Shown: one piece after another, positions 1-13,800 of the stretch
Position numbering within the stretch: the first letter of the stretch is position 1
How the letters are laid out: every line of letters begins with the position of its first letter
Assembly (NCBI GenBank): GCA_964016885.1
Contig: OZ024741.1
Location: 66,278,001 to 66,342,000 of the forward strand
Reading direction: 5' to 3'
From: Eledone cirrhosa
Taxonomy: Eukaryota
DNA length: 64,000 nt
Translations under genes and position numbers: made by a program
Notes under the pieces: model-generated
What the model was told of the DNA's origin: nothing
Seen by the model: the letters and a program-made list of their open reading frames with translations, nothing else
Databases searched by the model: none

Positions 1-704
1 CCTTTTTGAACAGGGGAATGACACTGGCAGTTTTGCACTGCCAAAGTGGACCCCGACCGAGCAAACAAATATATCAAAGACGTTCCAGCCATGACCATCC
101 TGCTTTATTGTATATCTGTGTATTCGTTTTGTTAGGTGTATTTTTCTTTTTATGTGATTGAGAGAGATTTAACTGCTTAGAAGCTGCTCTCGGTGATTCG
201 ACTTGTACAAGGACAACTTTAACTTCATACATATAACAGATGGATATCTTTTTTAAAAGCAAGAAACGTTATCCGTTATTTCCTCTATCCTTGTTATTTT
301 AATGTTGATGTCTTTTTTTTACCATGCATTTTTATTAAAGTATAACAAATATATGATTAAATAGAAATACATACATATAATCAATTAATTATTGTTAGGA
401 ACCTTATGAATATAATACACAAAAGTATACAATCTAATCGAAAAAAACATCAATTCAACATTAAGTGCGTCAATCTGTTATACACCACAACGATAATCAG
501 AAAGCGATAGAAAACTTTTGAAAAAGTAATTTTGTTTGTTTTTGCGTAGTTTAGGTTCAAACCATACCTTGTCAAGCAGACATGTAATTATAGGCGTTCC
601 AACCGTGAGAACAACGCCTATTATCCGATGGTGCGAATTTAGGGCTATTTAGCTACGTAACATTTATTGAAAAACAATTTATATTTAAAGAAAAAAGGAA
701 AAAT

Positions 705-845
705 GGAAAGTTGGTTCAAATCCCGCCCTAATTTACTTTGCCTTTCTTCCTTCCAGGGTCCATAAAAATAAAGTACCAGTTAAATACTAGGGTTGGTTTA
801 ATCAACTTTGCCCCCTCTCTCCTCCAATTTACTGGCCTTGTACGT
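705..845 (+). mobile_element. Partial tRNA-derived SINE (Meta-domain-like core)
   Basis: B-box GGTTCAAATCC followed by TTTGCCTTTC...AAAATAAAGTACCAG, shared with other copies in the window. Confidence 0.7.
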
Positions 846-884
846 AAATGTTGATAGGCAGCACTGAATTAACCATTAAGCAAA

Positions 885-964
885 ATACGCACGTGCTTTT
901 GGCCTTAAGAGAAGCTCTGTACTATAGAGCTTCTCTTTACTTAAGGCCAAAAGCACGTGCGTAT
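885..964. repeat. Short near-perfect palindrome
   Basis: ATACGCACGTGCTTTTGGCCTTAAG AGAAGCTCT ... AGAGCTTCTCT ... CTTAAGGCCAAAAGCACGTGCGTAT. Confidence 0.9.
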
Positions 965-1044
965 AGAGTATTTTTCTAGTAGGGTATATGGAAGATTTTT
1001 AGATATTTACTTATTGTTTAAACCATACACAGTATATGGGAATG

Positions 1045-1218
1045 CAGACCTGCCAACCTCTAAAAACCGAAACGGGGAGTACCAGGGAAAAAAGTGCTCC
1101 AAATGGAGGAGATTTTACATTATGAAAACTATACCCATTTTCACAAAAAAAAAAAACGGGGAGAAATGAGCCAAAAGGGAGAGATCTCCCTGTCGGGCGG
1201 TGTGAGTTGACAGGCCTG
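1045..1218. mobile_element. hAT-like MITE with 6-bp TSD
   Basis: TIRs CAGACCTGCCAAC / GTTGACAGGCCTG. GGAATG is duplicated on both flanks. Confidence 0.7.
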
Positions 1219-1875
1219 GGAATGCCATAACTTTTTCAGTGCTTAGGGTCTTTCAAGGTCTTAATCCAGTCCTGATTATAGAAATATAAATCGCGACCAC
1301 TACTTAACTGGTACTTTATTATATGAATTTGTAGTCGAAGACGTTCAAGCCATGGTCATCATGCTTTTTATACAGAATAAGTACACTACATTATGTTAAT
1401 GTGCGTTTTTAACGTATATCTAATGAAAGACACTGCTTATGATTTCCAAAACATTGTGTCAAATAATTTTATTCACAGTTGCATAAATAACATTACAAAT
1501 GACTTTAAAACTAAGTATTTGAAGAAATTTAACAATGTGACTAACTTTCTCATGGAACATAACACAACAACGGCGATTTTGTGCCAAGAGGGTTATGTCT
1601 GCGGTGTGGTTTGGGGAAAATCTGGTTGCTATTTCTACTTGTTTAAATGACCGCGTACAGGTCCTTTGATTGGTTCGTTGTAATTTAATTTCTGAAATAT
1701 GTACAGTTGTGTTTATATTTTTTCTCGTATAATCAGCTGTCTGCATGCACATACGTATACATAATACTGGACTTCTGTATGTAACATACTGTAGTCCAAC
1801 GAAGCGATCTCGACATGCGAGAAATAGTAACAAAATCTCCCTGGAATCAGATCCTATTGTTTTAAAGCTAGAAAG

Positions 1876-2347
1876 AAATAATTGTTTCTACTTTAGGCAC
1901 AAGGCCAGCAATAACCCAGTGCATTACTGGTACTTTATTTTATCGACCCCCGTAAGGATGAAAGGCAAAGTCAACCTCGGCGGGATTTGAACTCAGATCG
2001 TAAAGGGACGTAACTATGCTGGAAAGCATGGCGTCTGACCCTCTACCGATACTGCCAATCCACCGCCAATCCATACTGCCAATCCACAAGCTAGAAAGAA
2101 ATAATTGTTTCTACTTTAGGCACAAGGCCAGCAATTACTCAGTGCATTACTGGTACTTTATTTTATCGACCCCGTAAGGATGAAAGGCAAAGTCAACCTC
2201 GGCGGGATTTGAACTCAGATCGTAAAGGGACGTAACTATGCTGGAAAGCATAGAAATAATGAATAATTGTTTCTACTTTTTGGCACAAGGCTAGCAATTA
2301 TCCCAGTGTATTACTGTATTATTTTATCGACCCCGTAAGGATGAAAG
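1876..2347 (-). mobile_element. Three tandem, progressively truncated copies of the tRNA-derived SINE
   Basis: Minus strand shows A-box TGGCAGTATCGG, B-box GAGTTCAAATCC, core GCCTTTCATCCTTACGGGGTCGATAAAATAAAGTACCAG and an ATT tail. The units are near-identical. Confidence 0.85.
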
Positions 2348-3006
2348 AAATAATGAATAATGTTATCCGACATTCGCCACGAGTAACAAAACAATAGGAT
2401 GGTCACGTATACAACGCCTTTGATTTATGTCTACGCAGTTATGGCTAACCCGGGGTTAAACAAGAAAAGCAACACGCACGTGTTTATTTCATAAACAATG
2501 AGGCGCGAATCTTAATGTCAGTCTATGTGCGTTTAAAACATACCAGCCAAAGGTGTAGAGTTTGCCCCCTCCTCCTTTTCTCCCCTTTTTATTAAAAAAA
2601 AAACATTGTCTACCCCTTATTTTTATACTTTTAATGTTTATATATATAAACATTATCGAAAAGTATAATAATGTATATATATATTTATATACATGAGTGT
2701 GTATGCATTTATTCTCGTTTATATCTCTAGACGCATGTTGCTAGTACGAGCCGACGAAAGAAGCCTCTACATAATAACTCGACTTGCTAAAAATAGCAGC
2801 CATACCCTCCTTAGATTATCCCCTATTGTCTTAAAAAGGGGCACAACATATTGAATAATGCAGTCTTTGAAACACACACAAAAAAAAAACATCATTATGA
2901 AAGATGGAACACGCGCTCGATTAATGTTGCCTTGGAATTCAGCAATAACAAATACGTAGATAATTTGTAATGTGAAATACGTAAGCGGCCTTTAGTGTGG
3001 CATACC

Positions 3007-3170
3007 ATGGTAAATGGCGCTGGAAGCAGTTCGTCTTTTGCAGCTATGTCGGCATGTATGGACAACAGGCAAAATGTATCGGGTTACCACCACAAGAAGA
3101 CATGGTCGATGTTGTATGCCGAAAGACTTAAGAATCTAGGAAGGTTTACGCTGTATCTTAATGTCGACAG
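3007..3170 (+). CDS. UBE3D: UBE3D-like exon 1 (MVNGAGSS...LYAERLKNLGRFTLYLNVDR)
   Basis: ATG in ACCATGG context. The LYAE.L.N motif is typical of the HECT_2 N-terminus. The exon ends in phase 2 at AG|GTCTAT (weak donor), matching exon 2. The true start could be a later Met. Confidence 0.7.
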
Positions 3171-6100
3171 GTCTATATGATTTTCAATTTTCTACATCGT
3201 TAGCACCGGGTACAAAGTTGTTTATATATATATTAAAGAGTTAAACAAGATTCAATGAGTACATCAAAATTTAATTGATCACAAGAATATCTATTTTATT
3301 AATATTTGAATTATATATATATATATGCAAAAGATAAACTGAAACAACACAGTACAATGAAGAAATATATTAATTTAACGCTTGATAATATATATATATA
3401 TATTTAATACATTAACAGAAAAAGCTTTAAGCAATACTCCGACCGACTTCCGTCTCACTCAACAAACATTAGGATATACCTTAGTATAATCCCAATTATA
3501 CGTTTGGGGTGCTAACTATACGTATTTTGCGGATAGCCAGTTGTATTATTTTATATGAGACATAATTAAATACATCCCTATATATATATATATATATATT
3601 CTCGTTCACCATAAAACAACTATTTCATTTTTTCGTATATTATGACAATAGAAATAGCCTTTTAGCATTCAGTTAAAATTTTATTTATTAATGCATTTTT
3701 CAAAAAAAAAAGGGGAGGGGGGAATTACATGATTGTACCAATCAAATACTAATTATTACGCACACGGTGTAATCAAAAGAGATTTTCTGAGATTGATATT
3801 TATCTTTGGGGGTATATTGAGGATGTCTGTTAATGTAATATTTTAGAGAAATTTATGGCTGTTAACGAAATCCTCATCGTTTTCGTTATTGTTTGGCGAA
3901 TTAGTAGCTGATCTTCGGACTAATATACTTTATAGTATTCTTTTGTGCGTCAGATCCCGCCACCGTTGATTTAACTCTAAACCAGTGCTTCGCAAATAGT
4001 GCGCCGCGGATTTTAAATATATAATTGGAGTCATTTAGAAAACCTTGCATATCTTAAAAAATACTGTTATTCCTAATTTTGTTATTCACAAGTATGCAAT
4101 AGTTTTCTCTATATTTTTCTACACTTTTGACTTCAATATATATATATTTTAATGTATCCATGCAAAGCGCACCGGTAATTGTTGTATTTAATCTCCAGTG
4201 CGTCATAAAATCGACAAGCATGAAACACTTTTATCCTAGACCTAAAGTATCAAGGTTGGAATTTCTGAATAAGTATTCCACCTAAATAGCCTTGAAGTTT
4301 CGACAGATATGATAAATAGCCCTGTGAAAGCACGTGGCCTAATGGGTTTGATTGCTGGATCAGGTTGTTTGTTGTGTTCTTGAGCAAAACATTTCATTTC
4401 ATGTTGCTTCAGTATGCTCAGCTGAAAATGAGTACCAGCAGTAACTGGGATTTTAATTCTACGATGGACTGGCGTCATGTCCAAATGGTGTCTTGTACTC
4501 TTTGTTGCTTAACGCCAAGGAAACTGGGATAAGCACAAGCCTAATGAGCCCCCGGGCGTCAGACAGACTTTAGCCCTATCTTTTTTTTTAAATTCTAGAT
4601 TTTGAACAGGGAGATTTACAATTTCACTACCCACCCTTCCCCAGGAACATTTTGGCTGTTATTTCTAGTATGTGGAGAGGCCTTGTAGAGATTCCCCTGC
4701 TAATGACCACCATTAGCTATCATTAACCGTTTCAGTACCAAATTGCCTGAAATCACTCATCGTTCTATGATACAAAGCTGTTTATTTTCAAGTGTTTATA
4801 TTTATCTAAAAACAATCTATCATCATTTTAAGTAAGAACTTTTGTTGAATTATCCTCTAAAGACTAGCTTTATAATACAAAGCTTATTTATATTACTAAA
4901 TCTTTGATTATATTACTAAATATTTATATTACTAAATTCTTGATTATTTTCAAACAGATTTAAAAATCATAGGTAGTACCGTTCATTATAAATATGGGAA
5001 TGAAGGTGTTAAAGCCAGATCTTCTATCCTCTGATGCTCACCAGCAGGCTCTCACCCTTTTGGTATATGTGTCTTCTAGCAAAACTGCTTGCTTATGGGC
5101 TCCATTCATCTCTTTTCTTTTGGATTAATTGTTTCCTGTCAGATTGCACCATCATGGTGTGTAAATTGAGCTCCCTTTCACCCACACTCAATATTTGGTT
5201 TTATCTCCTTTCATACACCAACGATCTACTTGCTATAACTTCCAAGCAGATCTCTTGTGTAGATGATAGCACTATTCATTCTACCCTTGCATCATCTATA
5301 TTAAGCCTATCTGTACACTTCATATCGAACCTGCACTGATTCCATGAACATTCTCCAATCAGATCAGGTTAATCTTGTTTCTTTCAACAGCATAAAGATA
5401 AAATCAATACATATATCAAGAAAACAATATTACACTTCAATACCCCAGCATGGCCACAGTATAATGATTGAATCCAATAAAAGAATATTCTTTACACATA
5501 AACATGAACAACATACAACTAGAATCCTCAACATTACTGAGAATCTCTCCTGGCAACATAGTGAAGATTTTCCCTCCTCTTCAGGCCTAGTACTTCACTG
5601 TAATCCCTCTAACTACTGTGTATGTATGGACCTGTAACTTCTGATGGAGTTGTAGGGGCCCCATAGTGACATTCAGCATGTCTTGGACAATTTAAACATG
5701 GCAGAGTCCTTCCCCTCTCCAGGTTGAAACACAGTTGATTTCTTCCAGAGAAGGAGAGTGTGTGATAGGGAGAGAGTAAGGAAATGAGAGATATAGAGGA
5801 AAAATTGCCCCAGTACTAGACTGGTATTCCTTTTATGTACCTTGAAAAAGAAAGACAAAGTTGACCTCGGCTGGATTTGAACTGAGAATGCAGAGAGCTG
5901 GGACAAATACTGCAAAACATTCTATCCTACTTCTTTGTCAACATGCCATCTCCACCTAATCGTTAGCCGTCTACAAAACCCAATTGAGAGCCATAATGTA
6001 GTATTGCCCACATATATGGGACAGTACTACAGCTGCACCAATAAAGATCCTATCTGATGCTCTAACGACTCCACCAATCAACTGACCCTTTTAGAATTTG

Positions 6101-9100
6101 GTCTTGGAGTGTAAAGAGCCAGAATAAATATGACAGGTATTTTGTCCTATGTTCTTCTAAGTCACCACCTATAGTATTACTTATTGAACTAGTCCCTCAC
6201 TATGGTGTTACTGGTGCTGAGTTTTAGCAACCCAAGGAAGGTAAAAATGAAAATAAAGCCTTATGAAATTTGAACTCTGCAATTGGTCTGTTGTGATAAT
6301 ATTTCTTCCATTCCTCCTTGCTTAACCCCGAAAGTAAAGCACACATTTAAAAAGAATTCCTATCTAAATTAAAATCTTCCAGTGTAAAACCTTTTGTTAA
6401 GCTACAAATTGTATTTTAAAATTGAAATAATATTTTTGATAAATCCTCCCAAATTCTTCATTAATAATTTCAAATACAGTTTATTTGTGAGAACTGACCT
6501 CAAATCATAGACTCACAAGGGCGATGACAAAGGATCACGATATGTGGAGAGATGCTGTGCTGTGAAGGACCCATGCAAGCATGGAAAAGTGGACATAAGA
6601 TGTAAAAACGATGATGATGTATTTCATTAAAAATATGGTAGTAAAAATGTTAACAGTGAGGTTGTATTTGATCTGTTGTGTTAGTATTTTCTTCCACTCC
6701 CCTCTGTTTAATAACAATAATTCATAACAATGGTATTTAAAAACTTTTTTTTGTATTATTTAACAGAATCCAAAATGAAACGGGCTACAGCAACATTAGA
6801 GTACAAGTGGATTGTGGATCAGTGAGTATCACCACTGGACAAGGGCGTGGTCGAGAATGGACTTGGAAGCTAGACATTCCAGATATTCAATTCCATCCTG
6901 CTTCATGTCGAGGTCTTCGTTGTTCTCAACATGGAGAGTTGCAGTGTACCATCCAGACAACATTACCCAACCTTCTCATGACACCAACACCACCCACCAC
7001 ATCCACTAACCAACTGTCTTCTCATCTAGTGGATTCTCTTTCCAAAGGAACAGACAGCTGTAGATGTCGTTCTTGTGGCAATGTTATTCTACCAGCAGAA
7101 AGGTAAATCAATTACTTTCTCAATCAGATATCGTTTTGCCCAAATTCTCAAATGTAAAATAGTTGTTTTCCTGATCAATTGTATTTGAGTAGAAGCTAAC
7201 CAATTAAATGTTTGAGTGTCCTGTAAGTTCCACACCACCAACAACAGACTTGAATATCATCATCATCATCGTCATCATCATTCAATATATATATTTTCCA
7301 TGCTTGTTTGGGTTAGATGGGTCATTATGTTCTGAAACTAGACTGGTCAGGGGACTATGTCTTGCTCATACATTCTATTTTGGGCTTGGTTTCTATGGCT
7401 GCATGTCTTTCCTAACATCAACCACTTTACAACATGTACTGAGAACATTTTATCAGGACTCTGACACTACCACCTTACAGAGTAGATTGGGTGCTTTTGT
7501 CATGGCACCAGCACTACTACCTTACAGTGATAGGATCATACCACTCTGGGAGAAAGTAATTAATTTGAATTGTCTATATGCTTCAGCTTCGGCTTGTACC
7601 CATGGGAAGTTGGGTCTTCTGTATTACTGCGTGATGCCAGAGGTTACGGTCGTGTGTCATTGCCCTTGAGAGGTGCAATTGGGTAAGGTCGGCTTTTATC
7701 ACCTCATCGCAGGTCTTCTTGGGTCTCCCCACTCCACAGCTTCCATCGACTTCTAGTGCTCTGCATCTTTTTATGCAGTTGTCATCCTTCATACGCATCA
7801 CATGTCCATACCAACGTAACCTCCTGCACACAGCATTTTATTATATATTCTTTTATTGACCGGTTTTAGTCATTGGACTGTGGCCATGCTGGAGCACTGC
7901 CTTCAAGGGCTTTAGTTAATCTCACCAACCCTAGTACTTGTTTCAGTTAGTTGAATTACTAAGTTACTGCTTTTTGACACATCAGATTTTTACAAGTAAT
8001 GTTATGTCAAACACTCTCCTACACACACATGGCTGTTAATGGTTTTTGGCTTAGGAAAAAGGCCAGCAATTTGGAGGGAGGGGAAAGTTGACTAAATCAG
8101 CTCCAGTGCTAAACTGATGCTTTATTTTATCAACTTCATAAGGATGAAAGGCAAAGCTAACCTCAGCGAGATTTGAACTCAGAACGTAAAGGGCCATAAC
8201 TCTATGCTGCAAAGCATGTTGACTGAAGTTCTACTGATACTACTGATCCACCGTCTTATATAAATATAAGAAGAAGAAGGAAATTGGAATTTACTTGAAG
8301 CATTGTATATGGTATAAAGAATTTGAAGTTTGAAAGCCATAACAATGCAGGTTTGGACAGAGAATAATTAAATCATAAGAAACAAGGCTTTTTTTTTTTA
8401 TCTTAATTTATTCATATCTTGATATTTCGAGATTAATATCTCTTCTTCCAAGTAAAATATAGTAAGCCACATCAGACACTGGAATAGTTCCTTTATTTTC
8501 CTTGGAAGAAGAGATATTAATCTTGAAATATCAGGACATATGTATAAATTAAGGTAAAAAAACAAGCCCTGTTTCTTACGATTTAATTATTCTCCGTCTA
8601 AACCTGCATTGTTGTGGCTTTCAAACTTCAAATTCTTTATAATAATAATAGTAATGATATTACTTTTTATTTCTTATTGGGATAAGTCTATAAATAATTT
8701 TAAGGTTGTGGATATATTTGATTGAATCAACACCAGTTTATCATTGGTACTGTTTTAAGAAAAGAACATTTGGTGATGTAGCTCTAGATAAATCTGAAAC
8801 ACATGCACACACACACACACACACACACGAGCCAGTCAAATAATAAAGTTGTTGACACTTTTCTCTCCTGTATATTATAGTTCAACTATTTATTTTTGCT
8901 CCCTACTTTTTCTTAATCAGAACTGACTGGGGCTATAAACAATGTAATGAATTCTAATGTAAACAGAAGTTACAAATTTTGGTTGAGGGAACAGTCAATT
9001 AAAATGCCATTACTTTTTTTTGTTTTTGAGAAAATATATATTTATTTTTTCCGTTTATCGTTTTCGGTGCGCCCGGCCGATTAACTCACTCGATATGCAA

Positions 9101-10810
9101 ATTAGGCTGCTCAGCCGTTAATATGCATAAGGAAAGTATATACTTACAGACGTTCTATCATCTGGCAGGAAGGTATACGTTGCTGACGATAGCTAATAAG
9201 CTTGAAGCTAGTACAGCGTTCCTTTGTCAGTGTTGAACAAATGAGCAACGATGGTTGCTAGACACTGTTCAGCTTAATTCAGGATGTGTGTTTACAAACA
9301 CACCGAGCATTATAATAAATGTTCAGTGAATCCATACGTACATATATATATGTGTGCATGTATGTATATATATAAACATACTACTGTACGTCTGTATCTG
9401 TTAGAACACGAAAAGTGTGAAACAACAGAATGTTCACTTTTCGTGTTCTAACATATATGCGTAGCTTCTTAAAAAATTTTTCAGGGATAGCCGTGGTGGT
9501 GGTGATCGTATGTCATTGGCTAATTTTCAACCAATCAGAGTACCTCTCTCTATATCTCTTCCACTGTTACTTACGCCTGTTTCTCTCTATCTGTTCCGTC
9601 TCTATATATATCTCTTACTCTTTCGCTTTGCACTCCTCCCCTTCAATACCATCTCTCCCCCTCTCTATATATTTGTTACTCTATCGCTGCACGCTCCTCT
9701 CCTTCAATATATCAATTACACACGCTTTACACTCCTTTATCCCCAGCGCCCCTATATATACACCCCCCCTCTCCCGCATCTATATTTTAATGTACCGTTG
9801 CACCGTGAATATATGTGTCTATATATATATACATATATATTGTATATACACATTCATGTATGTGTATACACACTCATGTATGTATATACACTGGTTTTAT
9901 GTGTGTATTGTAAATTTGTACTGTTAAAACACGAAACTAACATTCGATTGACACTTTGATTACCTGTACAGGCAATAGTTATTAGAATGCTGTTGAAGTG
10001 TGTATATATTTTTGGGGGACATCCTGTATATACACACATTATATATAATACAATAAACAGATAAATACACACATATATATATGAGCTTATTTAATTATAA
10101 ATATTGTGAATTTTTAACTCAGTTCAATTATATATATAAATGGTTTCTACAGGACTAGAACTGTTTCATTCGAAAGAAATCATCATAATATTGAGAGGGG
10201 GGACTAGATAAAATATTTCAAATCAAATGTGTATAAGTTATAAGTTAAAATGTATAAATAGAGACGATAGTGGAGGTATATCTGTTTAGTGGAACAGTAG
10301 ACGATAGAATTAAATACAGACGATAATCTCCCTTTAATGAAACAGCAGACGATAGAATTAAGGCAATTTAAATTTTAAGCATTTGCATTTTTGCCTTTCA
10401 TCGTTACGGGGTCGATAAAATAAAGTACCAGTAATACACTGTCACTAGACGACTTTCAAATTGAATTGTTGGTTCCATTTCTTTAGTATTTTCAATTGTA
10501 GTTATCTACTTAAAAAGCGTTACACGGTTAGAGACATAATTCGTAAGTTATATCTTCCCTATTAAACCATTGCATTATTTCGCCTACAATAGAACAAAAA
10601 TGAAATGTTCTTTAAAGAAACAGGAATATAACTTTATAAAAAAAAAAGTTGCATCCGCTTCTTTTATCATTGATAATTTTTTCGTTTTAATATTAATTGT
10701 TTTTTGTAGTTGTTTATATTAAAAATCTTACTGTAATATTTACTTAAACGAAGGCAAACATCTAAACTTATAGATTAATCTTGAGCGAAGGACTAGATAA
10801 ATCTCTCTCC

Positions 10811-10845
<35 letters not shown>

Positions 10846-13800
10846 AACGAAGAATGATAAAATTTCAAGCAAAGAGTTTAATTAGGTATATTTTGTAATA
10901 TTATTAACTAATTATTATAATTAACGCGCATATTTTGCTATCCTCAAACACGTTTACACATGGCATGAAATATAACTAATCCGAGATGGCTAGGTTTCAT
11001 CTTCTAACTGGATATACGAAATCCATTATGTCTTGACAACAACATGAGGTAACATTATGTTATTCACAGACACACTTTGTACACTGTTCCATATCAGAAT
11101 GTATTTCCTTCGTCACATTCACAAACAGTATTGAAAATATGTTCTTCGGCAAATAAAAATGTTTTGTTCATAATATTTCAACTAGCGATTGCTCTACTCC
11201 ACGCACGACCACCATAAATTAATGACCAGCTCAACACAAGTATTGGTAGAGCGTCAGACACCATGCTTTGCAGTATTGTTATGGTCCTTTGCATTCTAAG
11301 TTCAAATCCTGCCGAGGTTAACTTCGACTTTCATACTTACTAATTCGATAAAATAAAGTACCAGTAATGGACTGCCGTAATGGATTTGTGCCGAAAAATA
11401 GAAACACTATTAATGTGCAATAAGAGCAAAATATAACGACATTGCTCAATTATTTTATCTAATGTTGTAATAACACAAGGAAATGTTGTTTGTGTATTTT
11501 TTTTTATATTTGCTCATAGGCTTTTACAATTTCGCTCAGCCAACAACTATTAAAAAGTGAGTTGCTTAAGATAACAATTTAATCACAAATTGTTGCTATC
11601 TTTTAATACACTCCAACAAGTCATCAAATTATGTACAATAAAAACAAATCTTATTAATTTGCTCAGGGAATATAAAGAAAATGTATATACACTGATAATT
11701 GCAATTGTATGTAAATATTTTGTTTTTGTATTGTATATTTTATGTTTTCTATTATGTATAATATATTGATTTAATATTGATTGTTTTTTGTAGTTGTTTA
11801 TATTAAAAGTCTGAAAATATTTTTATACATCTTACACTAATATTTATAAGATAATTTATAATAACAATTACATAATCTAATTACATTACAACGATAATTT
11901 ATTATTAATATATATCCTGTTTAACTAGAGTTATTACAAGCGTTGCCTTAAAAAAATATTAAACTAGACATGAAAAATGCGCAAGCTCAAAAGTGCCACA
12001 GAATGTTATAATAAACCTTCAAAAGTGTGGGACTAGAGTTGTTGCTAAAAAATATTGTAATCATTATATATCGTACATTCTGTGGCATCCTTTATAAAAA
12101 TAGCTTAAACCAACGAAGCCTTTATTTTTACGCTATTTCACTTAGTTAATTCTTAGAGTGTAACATATAAAAATAAATACATCTATGTTTAATGTAATAA
12201 CAGCTATAAATAATTACGTAATATTATTATCATATACTCATAGTAACAAAATAATTGTGTTGAAACTTAATATGATGCTTATATGAACGATCAAATCTAT
12301 AATGATAATTTCTTAAATATACTAATAGTAAAATAATTTAGTTATCTATTGTTACATTTTCATAGAACTATAATATTAACAATCGTATTGCATTATCAAA
12401 TTTTTATCACTACAAACTTTCATATTGGAATTACCTTAAGCCACTTATTATTACTTCGCTTTCGTACTTTTACAGCTGTAGATATTGCGCTGTATCTTAT
12501 ATCTAATATCAATATCTCGTGGTAATTTGCATGAAGTGTAAAATAGGTTTATTAATAACTTTAATATGAAATGTATTATACAGGGCTGCGGAGTCGGCCA
12601 AAAATTGACTGGCTCCAACTCAGGATCCGATACTCCATTATTTCCTAAATTTCAGCTCCGCAGCTCTGTTATTATATTAATTAATTTATTTTATAGTTGT
12701 AAATGATATTTTTATATGTTACACTCTAAGAATTAACTAAGTGAAATAGCGTAAAAATAAAGGCTTCGTTGGTTTAAGCTATTTTTATAAAGGATGCCAC
12801 AGAATGTACGATATATAATGATTACAATATTTTTTAGCAACAACTCTAGTCCCACACTTTTGAAGGTTTATTATAACATTCTGTGGCACTTTTGAGCTTG
12901 CGCATTTTTCATGTCTAGTACATATATGTATGTACGTATACATACTTATATATATTTATTTATTATAGAAGTATATTAACAATTCATCAACATGTGCATT
13001 AATTAAATAGCACAAATAAAGTGGAGAGGGAGGAGCAGACTCTACACCTTATTCACGTCTTATATCTTATATACGCCTCACGGACAAAATAATTGTTTCT
13101 ACTTTTGGCACAAGGCCAGCAATTATCTCAGTGCATTGCTGGTACTTTATTTTATCGATCCCGTAAGGATGAAAGGCAAAGTTAACCTCGGCGAGATTTG
13201 AACTCAGACCGTAAAGGGGCGTAACTCTATGCTGCAAAACATGGCATTCGACCATCTACCAATACTGCCAATCCACTGGCCAAAATAATGAAGGTTTAGA
13301 TGTCAAGAATAGCCAGCAACACCCGTGCATCAGCACTCTATCTCATGGCGCTTTTTCCTCAGACGGGTGCACTCCCCCTGATTTTGAGGATGTTTGGATG
13401 ATGCCCGTTACAAAAAGAAAGATATCTCGGCTACGTGTTGGTATTTAACTTATCAATCCCGAGAGACCGTAAAGTGACACTGCAATGCTATGATAATGTG
13501 ATAAGTGGCAACGAGAAGATCTAAGGGGAATAACTAGCATCTCCCCCCCGTCGTCTGTTATAAGGGAGGCAATTCAAATGTATAAATTTCTATTCTGGCT
13601 CAGTGATTTGGTAGTGATGTCCCGTGGATCCACCGGAATAATATTTTAAAACAAAATTTGGTTCGTGTGTACATGAGCTGATCTCAGGCTGAAAGACAAT
13701 CTATTATTCCTCTCCAAGATTTTAAATGTTATCGAACTCAAAGGCACGTGTTGTGTAACCTTTACATAACACATCCAACCTAAAAATAGAAAGCAGGTTA

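Noticed and set aside
1876-2075. tRNA gene
   Set aside because: The A/B boxes belong to a SINE head. No cloverleaf or T-run terminator is visible, and many dispersed copies share a non-tRNA core.
3171-3180. U12-type intron for intron 1
   Set aside because: The donor GTCTATAT does not match RTATCCTT.
9050-9130. Octamer ATGCAAAT and GC-rich patch as an snRNA promoter or hammerhead
   Set aside because: No recognisable snRNA follows, and the minus-strand CTGA...GAAA lacks a convincing core and stem I.
9430-10072. Overlapping 149-165-aa ORFs in intron 2
   Set aside because: Low-complexity CT/TA sequence with no motifs, and not needed for the gene model.
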